From positions 62,001 through 126,000 of the forward strand of contig NW_026250439.1 of the NCBI RefSeq assembly GCF_024521635.1: 64,000 bases of DNA, written 5' to 3'. The number at the start of each line of letters is the position of its first letter. Position 1 is the first letter of the stretch. A program made the translations under genes and the position numbers. Under the pieces are notes generated by a model, which was given only the letters and a program-made list of their open reading frames with translations, ran no database searches and had not been told where the DNA came from. Origin of the DNA: Tricharina praecox (lineage: Eukaryota). Shown in pieces: positions 1 to 12,221 of the stretch.

Positions 1-1
1 C

Positions 2-664
2 GTTTTCAATATCAGCGACTTCCCCGATACGCTGTGGGAGGCCAACTTGATACTCAGTGGTGGCAAGAATCGATCCGTGCTAGGTTTCCATGTCGAATGC
101 CTCGTCCTCAGAAAGATTATCAATGAGGGGTGTCCGGCAGCAGGCCCAGGGTTTGAGGGCCGCGGGAGTCATTCGGTTTTCGGGGAAGACCTGCCGCCGC
201 CGGTGAATGATGATTTCGAGGGCTGGAGGCTGTATATTCCATCAGCCTACAATTTCCGACCCGTCGATGGCATCCTGGTGTAGCGCGCGGAGGAGAAGAA
301 GACGGAAAATGACGCCACAGGGAAGGCGGAAGTTAGTACCATCAACAAAGCCGTTGTGGTTGGGATCCAGATAACCATAGCTGGTTCGCACCGCGATTCC
401 GAGGGGATGTTCTTCCGCAAATGACACCAGTGGGCGGCGACTTTGAGATGTGACAAGATCAAACTTTGGTTCTTATGAATCGTGCAGTACACTTGCGGCA
501 GGCTATACGAATAATTAATTCCCGCAGAGTTAAGGAGTGGCGGCACGGTTACGTTGGTACCGGAGTTCACAAGGCTAGTGGCTTCAGTCACGGATGTGGC
601 ACCGAGTGTCGGTGGGAGTCTGGAGAAGGCCAACAAAAGTCGGTGGGCAACAGCGCAACGGTAA
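2..664 (+). pseudogene. 3' end of a decayed gene with a PD-(D/E)xK restriction-endonuclease-like C-terminal domain (Crinkler/RHS-type)
   Basis: Frame 2 reads ...WRLYIPSAYNFRPVDGILV*...KAVVVGIQITIAGSHRDSE..., which resembles the YxP..NF..VD...QxT..H pattern of CR-REase domains. In-frame stops at 281, 422, 476 and 512; terminal TAA at 662-664. The gene starts before the window. Confidence 0.5.
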
Positions 665-1388
665 TGGTCTGTATGAACGCAATTTCTGTTTGTTTTTATT
701 CATTTTCTGAGGCTGCATGTGATTCATCGGAGGCGCGCGGGAGTAGTTCGAGGATTCGATTCGGTGCTGCGTATTACTTTCTTGGGGTTCTTCGTATTTG
801 TGGCGATGGCGGTGTGATGTGCAGTCTGTTCGCGGAGGTGGATAATCCAGGATTGTGCCGAGATGATTAAATGGAAGAAAATGCGAGCCGAAATAATGGG
901 ATAGCGGGGCGCGCCTAGTCTCTAAAAGGAAGGGACACCTCGGCGTGAGGGAGCGCGGTAGCTGCGTCTGCTATTCATACCGCACCTTTGGATTCAAGAA
1001 CTTTCGAAAAATAGCCCATTTGTTCTTTTATTGCACGTAGTTGCTCCCTCTTACGGCTGGCTTTACGATTGGCACCTAGAATGAAAAGACGCACCACGGG
1101 ATATACAATGGAAAGACAAAGGAGAGAAGACAAACAAAATCCCGAAAGAATTCCCTTCCTTCCCCTCCTATTTCGCTCCCCCGGAGAGGTCAGTAGGGCT
1201 GGAGACAGGGTGGAACAAAGGTTGTATCAGTTCCTGTCACCGCCATAACCTCCCCATCCACCTCTCTCTCCTCCCCCAAATTTTCCTTGCGTTCCCTCTG
1301 AGGACGTGCTACCCAGCTCTTCCTTCACTGAGGGCGCCAGCCTCTCGCATTTGTGGTTGGCAGCAACTGCAGCATGGACTTACAGTAC

Positions 1389-1780
1389 TGTTCGACCGTT
1401 AACTTTCCGTCTATGTTGTGTAGCTCTTGCAGGTCGAGTGACTTGTGAAACAATAACGAGTGATTGGCAGTGCGACAAACGAGCGAGCAACAGTGATGTT
1501 GATTGTTATGTTTGTCTGATTGATTGTTCAAGGGTATCTCTCGTTTGCTTGTTTCCTTGTCACGAGTTTGTTTCACAGTTTGTGTTTGTTTCACAGCCGA
1601 CTCGCATATTGCTGATTTCTGTCGTCATCACTGTTGATTGCTCTCTCTGCTGTACGATTGAGGATCTGCTGTCTTGGTACCTATAAAAGGGCCTGATCCT
1701 GGGCACCTAGCTAGACTTCCATCTTAGATATCTTCTTCAGTCGAAAACTATCTCCATTACCTACCACCAACAGTTCAACA
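1389..1780 (+). repeat. Possible solo LTR of an unrelated family
   Basis: TGTT...AACA ends, internal TATA (CTATAAAAGG at 1681), near-TSD AGTAC/AGTAA. Single copy in the window, so weak. Confidence 0.25.
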
Positions 1781-2072
1781 AGTAATTGCAGAGCAGAGCG
1801 AGTGGCAGTCTATGCGATCTTACAAGTGTCAGCTCATGCACCCGTGCTATACCCATTCGTCAGAGATGAGGGTAACAGCAGCTAATTCAATAGATGTGTA
1901 GTGTGCTATCATCTGTTTCTATAATATTGGAAAGTACGTCTGGACTGCTAACAGAGGATGGGATACGAATTACATTTGCTGTTTACAAGGTGCGAATTCC
2001 TTTTAGCACATGCACAGCGTGAATGGTACACACTACCGCAAGATGCAGGCATGATGTACACCAGCTTAGTAC

Positions 2073-2201
2073 TGTCACGGATTGCAACGGGACAACCGAG
2101 GGAGATACGGAACAGGAACTGGATCGCACGAGAGGCAACACGCGGGCAGCGCAGGAATGAGCCGCAGAGGATTGAGGTTGTGTGCAAGAAGCCAGGGTAG
2201 C
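2073..2201 (+). repeat. 5' fragment of a family-A LTR, interrupted by the element starting at 2202
   Basis: Starts TGTCACGG and resembles the U3 part of the A LTRs at 2541 and 21866. Confidence 0.7.
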
Positions 2202-2540
2202 TGTGACACCCCAATAGACTCTCGGGCAGTCATAGCAGGAGTGGAACGTTCGGAAGTGATCGAGACATAGGATTAGATAGTCATGGCGTGAAGACGAGTT
2301 AGGCAGGAGTGAGCAAACGGGATCCAGAGTCTAGACAGGGATTGACGATACGGGTGATGCTCGGTAAAGTCCAATACAACCGAGACGGCCTGAGGCAGGG
2401 CATCATGGAACCCTGTAGAAAGGAACGACAATCATGGAACATGTTATGACGCGCGATTACCAATGTATCGAGAAATGGGAGCCTGTAGAACCGGGCCGGT
2501 TCTCTGCGCCGACATGAAGATATGTACTACTTACTCTGAG

Positions 2541-3099
2541 TGTCAGGGCTTGCGACGGAAAGACGAAGGAAGAGTCGGCGCAAGGATTATAAAAGTTGGG
2601 AGGGAGTGCACCGGCAGTGCACTGGCAGTGCAAGGATGAGGCGAAGAAGATTGGGGGTTGTGTGCAGGGAGCAGGGATAGCGCAGTAATCAGCCGTAGGG
2701 GATTGAGGCTGTGTGCAGGAAGCAGAGGTAGTACGGCTGCACAGGGTACGAGTCACGGAAGCGGGGTACTGGCATGGTGGATTTCTCAGGGTCTGGCACA
2801 CGCCCACGGTCATTGTCAGATTGCGGGAACAAGTGGAGGATGTTCTATATAAACGGGCGGTTGCCCCTCTGTATTTAGTTCTTCACGCAACAACTTGTTA
2901 ATTCAATCACTGTTACCTGTGTCCTTACTTCGGCTGCCGTCTGCGCCGTAGTCCTTGTCCCTGCCTCTGTTCTCAGTTGCCGTCTGCACTGAGCCCTGCC
3001 TTACCTTGTCCTCTGCATACGTCATGCCTCTGCCGAACCCAGAACCCGATCCCCCGCCCGGCTTCGCTACCTGAAGCCTTGCTCGACCCTGCCGTTACA
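2541..3099 (+). mobile_element. Solo LTR, family A, nested in the 2202-3482 LTR
   Basis: TGTCA...TTACA ends, TATATAAA, 5-bp TSD CTGAG on both sides. Confidence 0.93.
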
Positions 3100-3531
3100 C
3101 TGAGCTATGCTCGGGTAGGAAGTGGTAAGCACTTCTTGCCTAGCCGGAACGGCTATCCCTGCAACAGCTTACGACGATTCTATGGCCTAGACGCAGTGAG
3201 TGACTCTTCATAGCGCTTACGTCAGAGCATGACGTAAAGGAGCATTTGCAACGGAGTTCCCCACAACAGAGTTTGCCGATCACATGCCAGGTGTCTGGGT
3301 AGAATCCATAGTCACTCGGCCATCGTCACGCAGATCCCGAACACCAGCACAACCAGAACACTGAACACTACCAACGATACCCCGCAAGATTATTTCGTTG
3401 TGAATTATTGAAATCCCTGACTTTTATTCTATACTCGATATCTATCAAGACTCGGATGTCCTGAAACCGTTCCAGTCTCACACTATAATCTTAAGAGTCA
3501 TAAGTTACCGATTTCACAACACACAACCACT

Positions 3532-6500
3532 ATGTCATCCTCCAACATAGACATGCTTCGCCCCAAATACTCACAGACGCTTGACGCGGCGCTCTCAACC
3601 ACACACACGGCCGGCGCCACGATCGAGATTGCAAACTGCTCTGCCTGGTTGAGAATGATACTGCAACAATACCACCTTACGCAGTGCGACCTACGCCAGA
3701 TGTACACCGCATGCGGCCAAGTCTTCAACCGCAACGGCAGCCAGATGCGAGAAGCCGAACGCAACTACTACCAACTCTGCAAGGCCATGAAGTATCTTGA
3801 TACGCAACACACGGCAAAAAACAAACTCGCTACGGGATGGCTACGCACGGAACTAGCAAACGCCGCCATCCAAACCTGAAACAGCGACGTGTGGGCAGTA
3901 ATTACAGAGCGCAGCAAGGAGGATGAGATTAGGCTGCAAAACAACAGCATAGCCCACGCCCGACTCCAAAGCGTGATTATCTGCCTACAAACCGTTCAGG
4001 CCGAGCAGAGAAAAGCCCAGGAACACTACAATCGCAGCATCAAGGTATGGGCGGAACAGGAGGTGAGAAGGAGCGGCGAGCTCCACAAACAACAGGAGGT
4101 GTTGAAGAGGCTAGTGAAGGAAAATGTAAAAGCATTGAAGCAGGTGGAGATCCACGCAGGAAAACAGAAAGAGAAGGTTCCGGAATGAGTCCGCACAAGC
4201 GCAAGAGAAAGATCAAAGTCTGGAGGATCACGCGCATCAGCTGCTGGCCCAGTTAGGGACCGCGATGGTTCTGGAACGGTTCCCCCTCCCCCACCTGCGA
4301 GAAATCCAGCTGCTAACGCCAGAGGTGACCACTCGGATCACGAATCCACTGACGATGAAGAACCTCCGACAAGAACCTCGTCTGTTCACTGCGGAGGCCA
4401 CTCCGCTCTCCACCGGGATGCCGGCCATGTGGACGAAGCACAACGCTTAGCCCGCATCATGGCTGAGTGTGACGGGGGCTCCTCCTGAGCGGCCGACAGG
4501 TATCCTCACTAAACTGAGAGTAGAATTTTCGTACTAACTGAAGATATCCCGAGTAACTATTTACTCAGACACTTAGAAGAATCTTAAGGTCTTCGCTATC
4601 GAGGTAGAGATGGTTGTTATTGTGCTCTAGAATTATTGCGGGCGAGCGACCGTATTCTTTATACAATCCTTTCTCGTCTCGACAACTTAATTCTATCACC
4701 TACAAACAGCTGAGAGCACCGCGCGACGACACAACACGTTTCGCGAAGATTCCCGGCTGTCACACGATACTTTCTTATCGCCGACCCGGTAACTCCGGAA
4801 AGTGTTGACGTCACTGGGATTTGGGCCTGTAACCTTCTGCAGGTTACGCGGACCAACTTCCTAATGAAGACTCACTAACCGCTATACTATGACAGACTTA
4901 TTTATGTCTGTCTTCATTTCTATGTTATTTATGTGGGTAGGTGGTTACGCAGACTCTAGGCGTTTGCACCCACACCACCTCTTTATTTCTAAGGTTCTGC
5001 ACTTGTTCACTAACTACAGCGACATGCGTGCGCGGCCAACTCCTACACCACTTGGTGCGGGGTCCCTTCGGGATCCTCTGACCGCTCGGCGTCCCGAGTG
5101 GCCTTGATCCGTAGCACGTAGTCTTGTAATGCACAGGTTCTCCGTGTTGCTGATTCGGCTGCAGCCGACTCTCAGTACAGGGAAACGTGTTACATTGTCT
5201 GCCTAGTAAACCTGCCCTTACTAACTATCTGACACATCCGTGACACTGAGGCCCTCACAAGGGCAAACTGAGGGATTCAGAAACTCCGTCTAAGAAACCC
5301 CAACAACTGCTTTGGCAAACCAACCACACCTTTCAGACCGTGGTGAGATTCTGTGGAAGAATACCTCGGCTTCTGCCCCAACACCGACAACGTGCAACGT
5401 ATCGCCTGGGTGGGAACACTGATGGCCCACAAAGCGCGTGTCTGGCATCAAGCAGGAAAACGCGTCCTACGCGGACTGGACAATTGGCAAGCTTACCAGG
5501 AAGCTATCCAAGAAGGATATCGAGACTCGAGGGGAGGCGCAGATGCTCACAGCAAGATGTGGGCCTTGAGGTATAAGAACGACATCAAGTCATACCTCAC
5601 AACCTTCCGAGCCCTGAACCTACTGGCGACTGCCACTGGGGAGCCGCTCCAACACATGGTGGACCAAGCGATGCCGGCGCAAATCCTCACTGTGCAATTC
5701 TCGCACAATCCAGGACTGTTCAGGGAGGACAAACCCTTCTTGCACGCCACCTACAAAGCCGGCAGACACGTGGAGATGTTGAGGGCGTTGTTGAAGTCGA
5801 AGGAGGGGACGAGTAGAGGCCCGGGGCACCGGGGCTTTGGCGGCGACCAGAAGGAACCTGGTGAGGGCCGTACTGGCCGAGGGAATGGAAGGGGAAAAGG
5901 GAAGGGTACCGGGAGCCACCAAGAATGTGGGGGATCCCAGGTTGACCAAACGGTCAAGGAGGCTTTGCGTGCCAGGAAGGACACCCCAGAGGAAAAGAGG
6001 ACTTTTGAGTCAGGAAGAGAGGCATTGGCAGGCATTCCACAGTCGGAAATTGATGCGCACAAAGCTTCGGAGTGCGACTGCTGCAGATGTGGCAGAGACG
6101 GCCACAAAATGTACCAAAGCTACGCCAGGAAGACGGTTGCCGGCACGAACCTGACAAGCGGCAATCAGGTGTCGGCGTTGACGAAATGGAAACACCACAA
6201 TGGTGACGGCGAATCCATGGTAGCGCTGGTCAAACACCAAAAGATAGCAGCAGTTGTGGTGGCCGACGTCCACATTAGCGAGTCTCCTCAGCTCTGGGAA
6301 GAAAGCTCAAGTGAGCCCGAGGATTATTGGTGGGCCCCAACACACCGCAGGTTGGGCAGCCACCAGTATATGTCAGCGGTATGAAGCGACCACGGCACCA
6401 GGAACCAACTAGTGCTAACAGGGATAAGCAAAGACAGACGGACCAACCTATTTCTACCAGTCCAATCAGGCTGGGCGCAGTTGAGTGCGAGCCCCCTACC

Positions 6501-6636
6501 CCCACACCAGACCACGACACATCATAGACATGCTACTTCTATGGTCCGAGGGTAAACAACACCTGATCTGTATGCTCCTAGACACAGGATGCACCATTCC
6601 GATCATCGATGGAGGTCTTGCAAAGAAGTTGGGACT
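3532..6636 (+). pseudogene. Disrupted gag and protease N-terminus
   Basis: ORF pieces 3532-3879, 3889-4188 and 5353-6384 align to the gag at 13662-16229 (MSSSNIDMLR..., degenerate knuckle CCRCGRDGHKMYQS). Broken by stops, frameshifts and a solo LTR. Confidence 0.88.
4468..5245 (-). mobile_element. Solo LTR, family D, inserted in gag
   Basis: TGTGACGG...CCGTGACA ends, TSD CTGAG, near-identical copy at 8923-9703. Strand inferred from a TATA and a CCTTAAGATT motif on the minus strand. Confidence 0.92.
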
Positions 6637-6686
6637 TGTGACACACCGATAGGTGTCGGGAATCACGACGGTCGCAAGAGATGTGA
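6637..6686 (+). repeat. First 50 bp of a family-C LTR
   Basis: Matches the start of the LTR at 12935 (TGTGACAC.CCGATAGGT.TCGG...GCAAGAGATGTGA). Confidence 0.8.
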
Positions 6687-7382
6687 TGTAACGGCACGGT
6701 TGGGCAAGGCTCCAGGTAGCGGAGTCGGGCTGGGGACCGGGTTCTGGGTTCGGTAGAGGCAAGACGGGTTCAGGGGACAAGGTGAGGCAGGGCTCAGTGC
6801 AGACGGCAACTGAGAACACAGGCAGGGACAAGGACTACAGCGCAGATGGCAGCCGAGGCAAGGACAGAGGTAACAGTGATTGAATTAACAAGTTGTTGCG
6901 TGAAGAACTAAATACAGAGGGGCAACGGCCCGTTTATATAGAAAATCATCCACTTCTTCCCGCAATCTGACAATGACCGTGGGCGTGTGCCAGACCCTGA
7001 GAAATCCACCTTGCCAGTACCCCAGTTCCGTGACTCATAACCTGCGCAGCCGCACTACCCCTGCTTCCTGCACACAGCCCCAATCTCGTGCGACTCATTA
7101 CTGCGCTATCCCTGCTCCCTGCACACAGCCCCAAATCCTCTGCGGCTCATCATCGCACTGCCGGTGCACTGCCTCTGCACTGCCCCCCAACTCTCCCGAT
7201 CCTTGTGCCGACCCTCCCTTCGTCATTCCATCGCGAGCCGTGACAGTAGTCCCTCCTAAGGCTCGAGTTCCCACGAGAGCAAGTTCGACTGGTCCAGGCT
7301 GCATGGGGTATCGTCGATGGAAGTCGTCCACAGCTTGTACCTCGGTAAGGTTCTCCTCTGGTTCCCATGTTGGTGCCGCGTA
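6687..7382 (-). mobile_element. 3' end of a family-A chromovirus: chromodomain tail, PPT and 3' LTR (6687-7245)
   Basis: Minus strand 7382-7246 encodes YAAPTWEPEENLTEVQAVDDFHRRYP (chromodomain), then the purine tract AGGAGGGA just before TGTCACGG. No matching TSD, as expected for a non-solo LTR. Confidence 0.88.
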
Positions 7383-8121
7383 CGTGACACCCTGGTCGCA
7401 GTCGGCCCGACTTCAGGGTTCGGCTTCTTACCAACGGGAGTTCGGGAAAAATAGTTAGATAAGATCGGGAACAGGAGGGAACCTTTAGATTAGTCGTAGC
7501 TAGTCAGAGACGAGATAGGAAGGAAGGAAGCAAACGGGACCAGAGTCTGGGTGGGATCGGAGGCGCAGCGATACGCACGAAAAGTCCGATACAGTCATCC
7601 TTGACTTGAGGCAGGCGAATCGCGGAACAAGCGCAGAGAAAACTCTGATCGGAGAAAAACCACTATGACGAGTGTTGCCCCTCTTCTCGCGTCTTAAGCA
7701 AATAAGAGCCGTGCCGAAAGGCGCAGCCGTTGCCCAGCGAAAAGATAGCTGAAACCGGACTATGCTCGGGTAAGGATTGGTGCGCCATACCTGCCTAGTT
7801 TGTATAAACTATCCTGAAGGCTTACGACGACTCTGATAACATGGCAGAAAAAGTCTCCGCACCAAAGTGCAGAGATTTCAAGCCAGGGTTCCATCCGGCA
7901 ACAAGCTGCGGCAACGGCCGGCACGTGACTCGACCAAATCATCCAACTAAATAGACTTCCGACGACACGGCGAAAGATTCATCATCAGAATCAGCAACCA
8001 GAAAACCATCGACACTACCCCTTAAGATTATTCCGCTTGTGAAAGAAAGAATACTATCTATCTTCATTCTTATCCTATTCTATCAATCGACTCCGACGAC
8101 CGAAATCGTTCCAGTCTCACA
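7383..8121 (+). mobile_element. Family-B LTR (no matching TSD)
   Basis: Reverse complement of 10583-11317 and 17831-18568; ends CCAGTCTCACA. Confidence 0.9.
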
Positions 8122-8128
8122 CTCGCGG

Positions 8129-8687
8129 TGTAACGGCACGGTTGGGCAAGGCTCCAGGTAGCGAAGTCGGGCTGGGGATCGGGTTCTGGGTTTGGTAGAG
8201 GCAAGACGGGTTCAGGGGACAAGGTGAGGCAGGGCTCAGTGCAGACGGCAACTGAGAACAGAGGCAGGGACAAGGACTACGGCGCAGACGGCAGCTGAGG
8301 CAAGGACAGAGGTAACAGTGATTGAATTAACAAGTTGTTGCGTGAAGAACTAAATACAGAGGGGCACCGGCCCGTTTATATAGAAAATCCTCCACTTCTT
8401 CCCGCAACCTGACAATGACCGTGGGCGTGTGCCAGACCCTGAGCAATCCACCTTGCCAGTACCCCACTTCCGTGACTCATACCCTGCGCAGCCGCACTAC
8501 CCCTGCTTCCTGCACACAGCCCCAATCTCCTGCGACTCATTACTGCGCTATCCCTGCTCCCTGCACACAGCCCCAAATCCTCTGCGGCTCATCCTTGCAC
8601 TGCCGGTGCACTGCCTCTGCACTGCCCCCCAACTCTCCCGATCCTTGTGCCAACCCTCCCTTCGTCATTCTATCGCGAGCCGTGACA
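8129..8687 (-). mobile_element. Solo LTR, family A
   Basis: TGTAACGG...CCGTGACA ends with TSD CGCGG. Confidence 0.95.
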
Positions 8688-8859
8688 CGCGGGTTCCGTC
8701 GAACATGGCTGGCTCTGGGACACGCTCAGCGCGGCTTTGAGGTTGGGTTTCGACGGTTGCGAGGCGGTTGGCGATGCGGCGGGCGTCAGGAAGTTGTTCT
8801 TCGAGGTCGTCCAATCGCCAGGTCGGTACGGCTATTGGGGACAGGGTGATTGCGCGGGC

Positions 8860-9967
8860 GAGGATTTCAGGTTGCGGGAAGAAGTGGAGGATTTTCTATA
8901 TAAACGGGCCGTTGCCCCTCTGTGTGACGGGGGCTCCTCCTGAGCGGCCGACAGGTATCCTCACTAAACTGAGAGTAGATTTTTGTGCTAACTGAAGATA
9001 TCCCGAGTAACTTATTTACTCAGACACTTAGAAGAATCTTAAGGTCTTCGCTATCGAGGTAGAGATGGTTGCTATTGTGCTCTAGAATTATTGCGGGCGA
9101 GCGACCGTATTCTTTATACAATCCTTTCTCGTCTCGACAACTTAATTCTATCACCTACAAACAGCTGAGAGCACCGCGCGACGACACGACACGTTTCGCG
9201 AAGAATCCCGGCTGTCGCACGATACTTTCTTATCGCCGATCCGGTAACTCCGGAAAGTGTTGACGTCACTGGGATTTGGGCCTGTAACCTTCTGCAGGTT
9301 ACGCGGACCAACTTCCTAATGAAGACTCACTAACCGCTATACTATGACAGACTTATTGATGTCTGACTTAATTTCTATGCTATGTATGTGGGTGGGTGGT
9401 TACGCGTACTCTAGGCGTTTGCACCCACACCACCACTTAATTGTTTGTAAGGTTCTGCACTTGTTATCTAGCTACAGCGACATACGTGCGCGGCCAACCC
9501 TCGCACCACTTGGTGCGGGGTCCCTTCGGGATCCTCTGGCTGCTCGGCGTCCCGAGTGGCCTTGATCCGTAGCGCGTAGTCTCATAATGCACAGGTTATC
9601 CGTGTTGCTGATTCGGCTGCAGCCGACTCTCAGTACAGGGAAACATGTTTCATTATCTACCTAGTAAACCTGCCCTTACTAACTATCTGACACATCCGTG
9701 ACACTCTGTATTTAATTCTTCACGCAACAACTTCTTAATTCAATCACTGTTACCTCTGTTCTTGCCTCGGCTGCCATCTGCGCCGTGGTCCTTGTCCCTG
9801 CCTCTGTTCTGAGTTGCCGTCTGCACTGAGCCGTGTCTTACCTCGTTCTCTGAACCCGTCTTGCCTCTGCCGAACCTAGCACCCGATCTCCTGCTCCGCT
9901 AAGCTACCTGGAGCCTTGCCTGACCGTGCCGTTACAATCTGGAGCCTTGCTCGACCGTGCCGTTACA
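8860..9967 (+). repeat. 3' part of a family-A LTR interrupted by a D solo LTR, with a short duplicated LTR end
   Basis: A-type TATA/R/U5 sequence resumes at 9709 and ends GTTACA at 9936; the ~30-bp end is repeated to 9967. Confidence 0.8.
8923..9703 (-). mobile_element. Solo LTR, family D
   Basis: Copy of 4468-5245 with TSD CTCTG. Confidence 0.93.
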
Positions 9968-10516
9968 GATACGGGCAAGATGGCTTGAGGTAGTGCATCA
10001 TGGAACTCCGTAGAAAGAAACACCAATCATGGAACCTGTTATGCCGCGCGATTACCAATATATCAACAAATGTCAGCCTGTAGAACCGTGCCAGTTCTCG
10101 GTCCCAACATGAAGATATGCACTGGACACTCTAAGCTACACTTGGGTAGGAAGTGGTAAGCACTTCTTGCCAAGTCGGAAACGGCTATCCCTGTAATAGC
10201 TTACGGCAACTCTACCACCTAGACTTCGGGGGTGACTCTTTGCGGCGCTTATGCCAGAGCATGACTCCAAGGGCGTTTGCAACGGAGTTCTCCGCGATAG
10301 AGTTTTCCAATCACGTGCTTAGGTGCACGGGTAGACTATATAGTCACTTGACTATCGCCATGGAAATCCAAACACCAGCACAACCCGAAAACACAGAACA
10401 CTACGGACAATACCCCTTAAGATTATTTTACTGTGAATTGTCGAAATGCCTGACTTTTCTCCTATACTCGATATGTATTGAAAACTCTGACGTTCCGAAA
10501 GCGTTCTTGTCTCACA
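9968..10516 (+). repeat. 3' portion of a C-like LTR
   Basis: Similar to 2370-2540 joined to 3105-3482; ends GTCTCACA. Confidence 0.8.
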
Positions 10517-11712
10517 ATAACTCATTTCTGCGCTACCCCTGCTCTCTGCATACAGCCTCACTCTGCTGTGACTCACCCTAGCTGTGAGGCTGGAACGATT
10601 TCGGTTGTCGGAGTCGATTGATAGAATAGGCTTAGAATGAAAATAGATAGTATTCTTTTCACAAGCGGAATAATCTTAAGGGGTAGTGTCGATGGTTTTC
10701 TGGTTGCTGATTCTGATGATGAATCTTTCGCCGTGTCGTCGGAAGTCTATATAGTTGGGTGATTTGGCCGGGTCACGTGCCAGCCGTTGCCGTAGCTTGT
10801 TGCCGGATGGAACCCTGGCGTGAGATCTGTGCACTTGGTGCGGAGATTTCCTCCGCCATGTCATCAGAGTCGTCGTAAGCCTTCAGGATAGTTTATACAA
10901 ACTAGGCAGGTATGGCGCACCAATCCTTACCCGAGCATAATCTGGTTTCAGCTATGTCTTCGCTGGGCAACGGCTGCGCCTTTCGGCATGGCTCTTATTT
11001 GCTTAAGACGCGAGAAGAGGGGCAACACTCGTCATAGTGGTTTGTCTCCGATCAGAGTTTTCTCTGCGCTTGTTTTGCGATTCGTCTGCCTCAAGTCAAG
11101 GATGACTGTATCGGACTTTTCGTGCGTATCGCTGCGCCTCCGATCCCACCTAGACTCTGGTTCCGTTTGCTTCCTTCCTTCCTATCTCGTCTCTGACTAG
11201 CTACGACTAATCTAAAAGGTTCCCTCCTGTTCCCCGATCTATCTAACTATTTTCCTGAACTCCCGTTGGTAAGAAGCCGGACCCTGAAGTCGGGCCGACT
11301 GCGACCAGGGTGTCACACTAGCACTGCCAGCGCACCGCCTCCCTACTCTTCCAATCCTTGCGCCGGCCCTTCATCCGTCATTCCGTTGCAAGCCCTGACA
11401 CCTGCACTGCCCACGCAGTATCTTTGTTTCCTGCACACAGCCTCAATCCTCTGCCACCCAGCCCTGCACTACCGGCACACTGCCTTTCAACTCTTCAGAT
11501 CCTTGCGCTGGACCTTCCTTCGTCATTTTGTCCTGAGCCGTGACAGTTACCTTGGTCCTTGCCTCAGTTGCTATTTTCACCGTAGTCCTTGTCCCGTCCT
11601 GCTTTCTCAGTCACCGTCTGCACTGAGCTTCCTCTTGCCTTTTCGCCACCACACCGACTCTCGTGCCAACCATCCCCTTGGGTTTTCTACTTGGAGCCTT
11701 GCCCAACTGGAC
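10517..11712. repeat. Scrambled family-A LTR fragments hosting a B solo LTR
   Basis: A-type ends CCCTGACA (11400) and CCGTGACA (11545), plus a U5-like piece at 11546-11712. Confidence 0.7.
10583..11317 (-). mobile_element. Solo LTR, family B
   Basis: TGTGAG...TGTCACA ends with TSD CTAGC. Confidence 0.95.
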
Positions 11713-12149
11713 AGTTGCATTCAAGAAACAAAGGAGATATCTCAAGTTTATCTCTCTTGCAGTATCCTGCATCCCAAAATGCTTGGCAATCGTTCATGCA
11801 TACTAGTTTCATACAACTGTAGCGTATGAATGCTACTACTACCTAAATTATAGAGCTGAAAAACCCTTTGGATTAACTTCAACGACGGTTGATTGTGGTT
11901 GGTGAGTGGAAAATCAATGAATTGATTACCCATAAAATGAATACCCCATCAACAGTAACTTCAATAGAATGTTGGAGCCTGCAGTTCATTTGCACCATAA
12001 CTCTCCTGTCACAGTTCAGAAATTCTAGCCTTAAGTGGCTACTGGGATGATGGCCTTCAGCCATTAAAATAACTTGTTGGTCGAGTGGTATAGTACTTTC
12101 CCAGTGTAATTTATTACATCCCCTTTGGGTTGCCAAAACTTCAAAAATG

Positions 12150-12221
12150 TGGAGGAGCAGGGAATCGAACCCTGGACCGCCTCTATGCTAAAGAGGAATT
12201 ATACCACTAAACCACACCCCC
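12150..12221 (-). tRNA. tRNA-Ala(AGC)
   Basis: 72 nt; anticodon arm CCTCT-TTAGCAT-AGAGG, GTTCGATTC T-loop, T-run downstream. Confidence 0.95.

Larger units (their letters stand above)
2202..6636 (+). mobile_element. Truncated, degenerate Ty3/Gypsy element related to the 12935-21608 element (5' LTR 2202-3482, gag, start of protease)
   Basis: LTR TGTGACACCCC...CCAGTCTCACA followed by CTATAATCTTAAG. Gag is homologous to the complete element, and the protease motif LLDTGCTIPII lies near 6570-6606. Confidence 0.88.
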
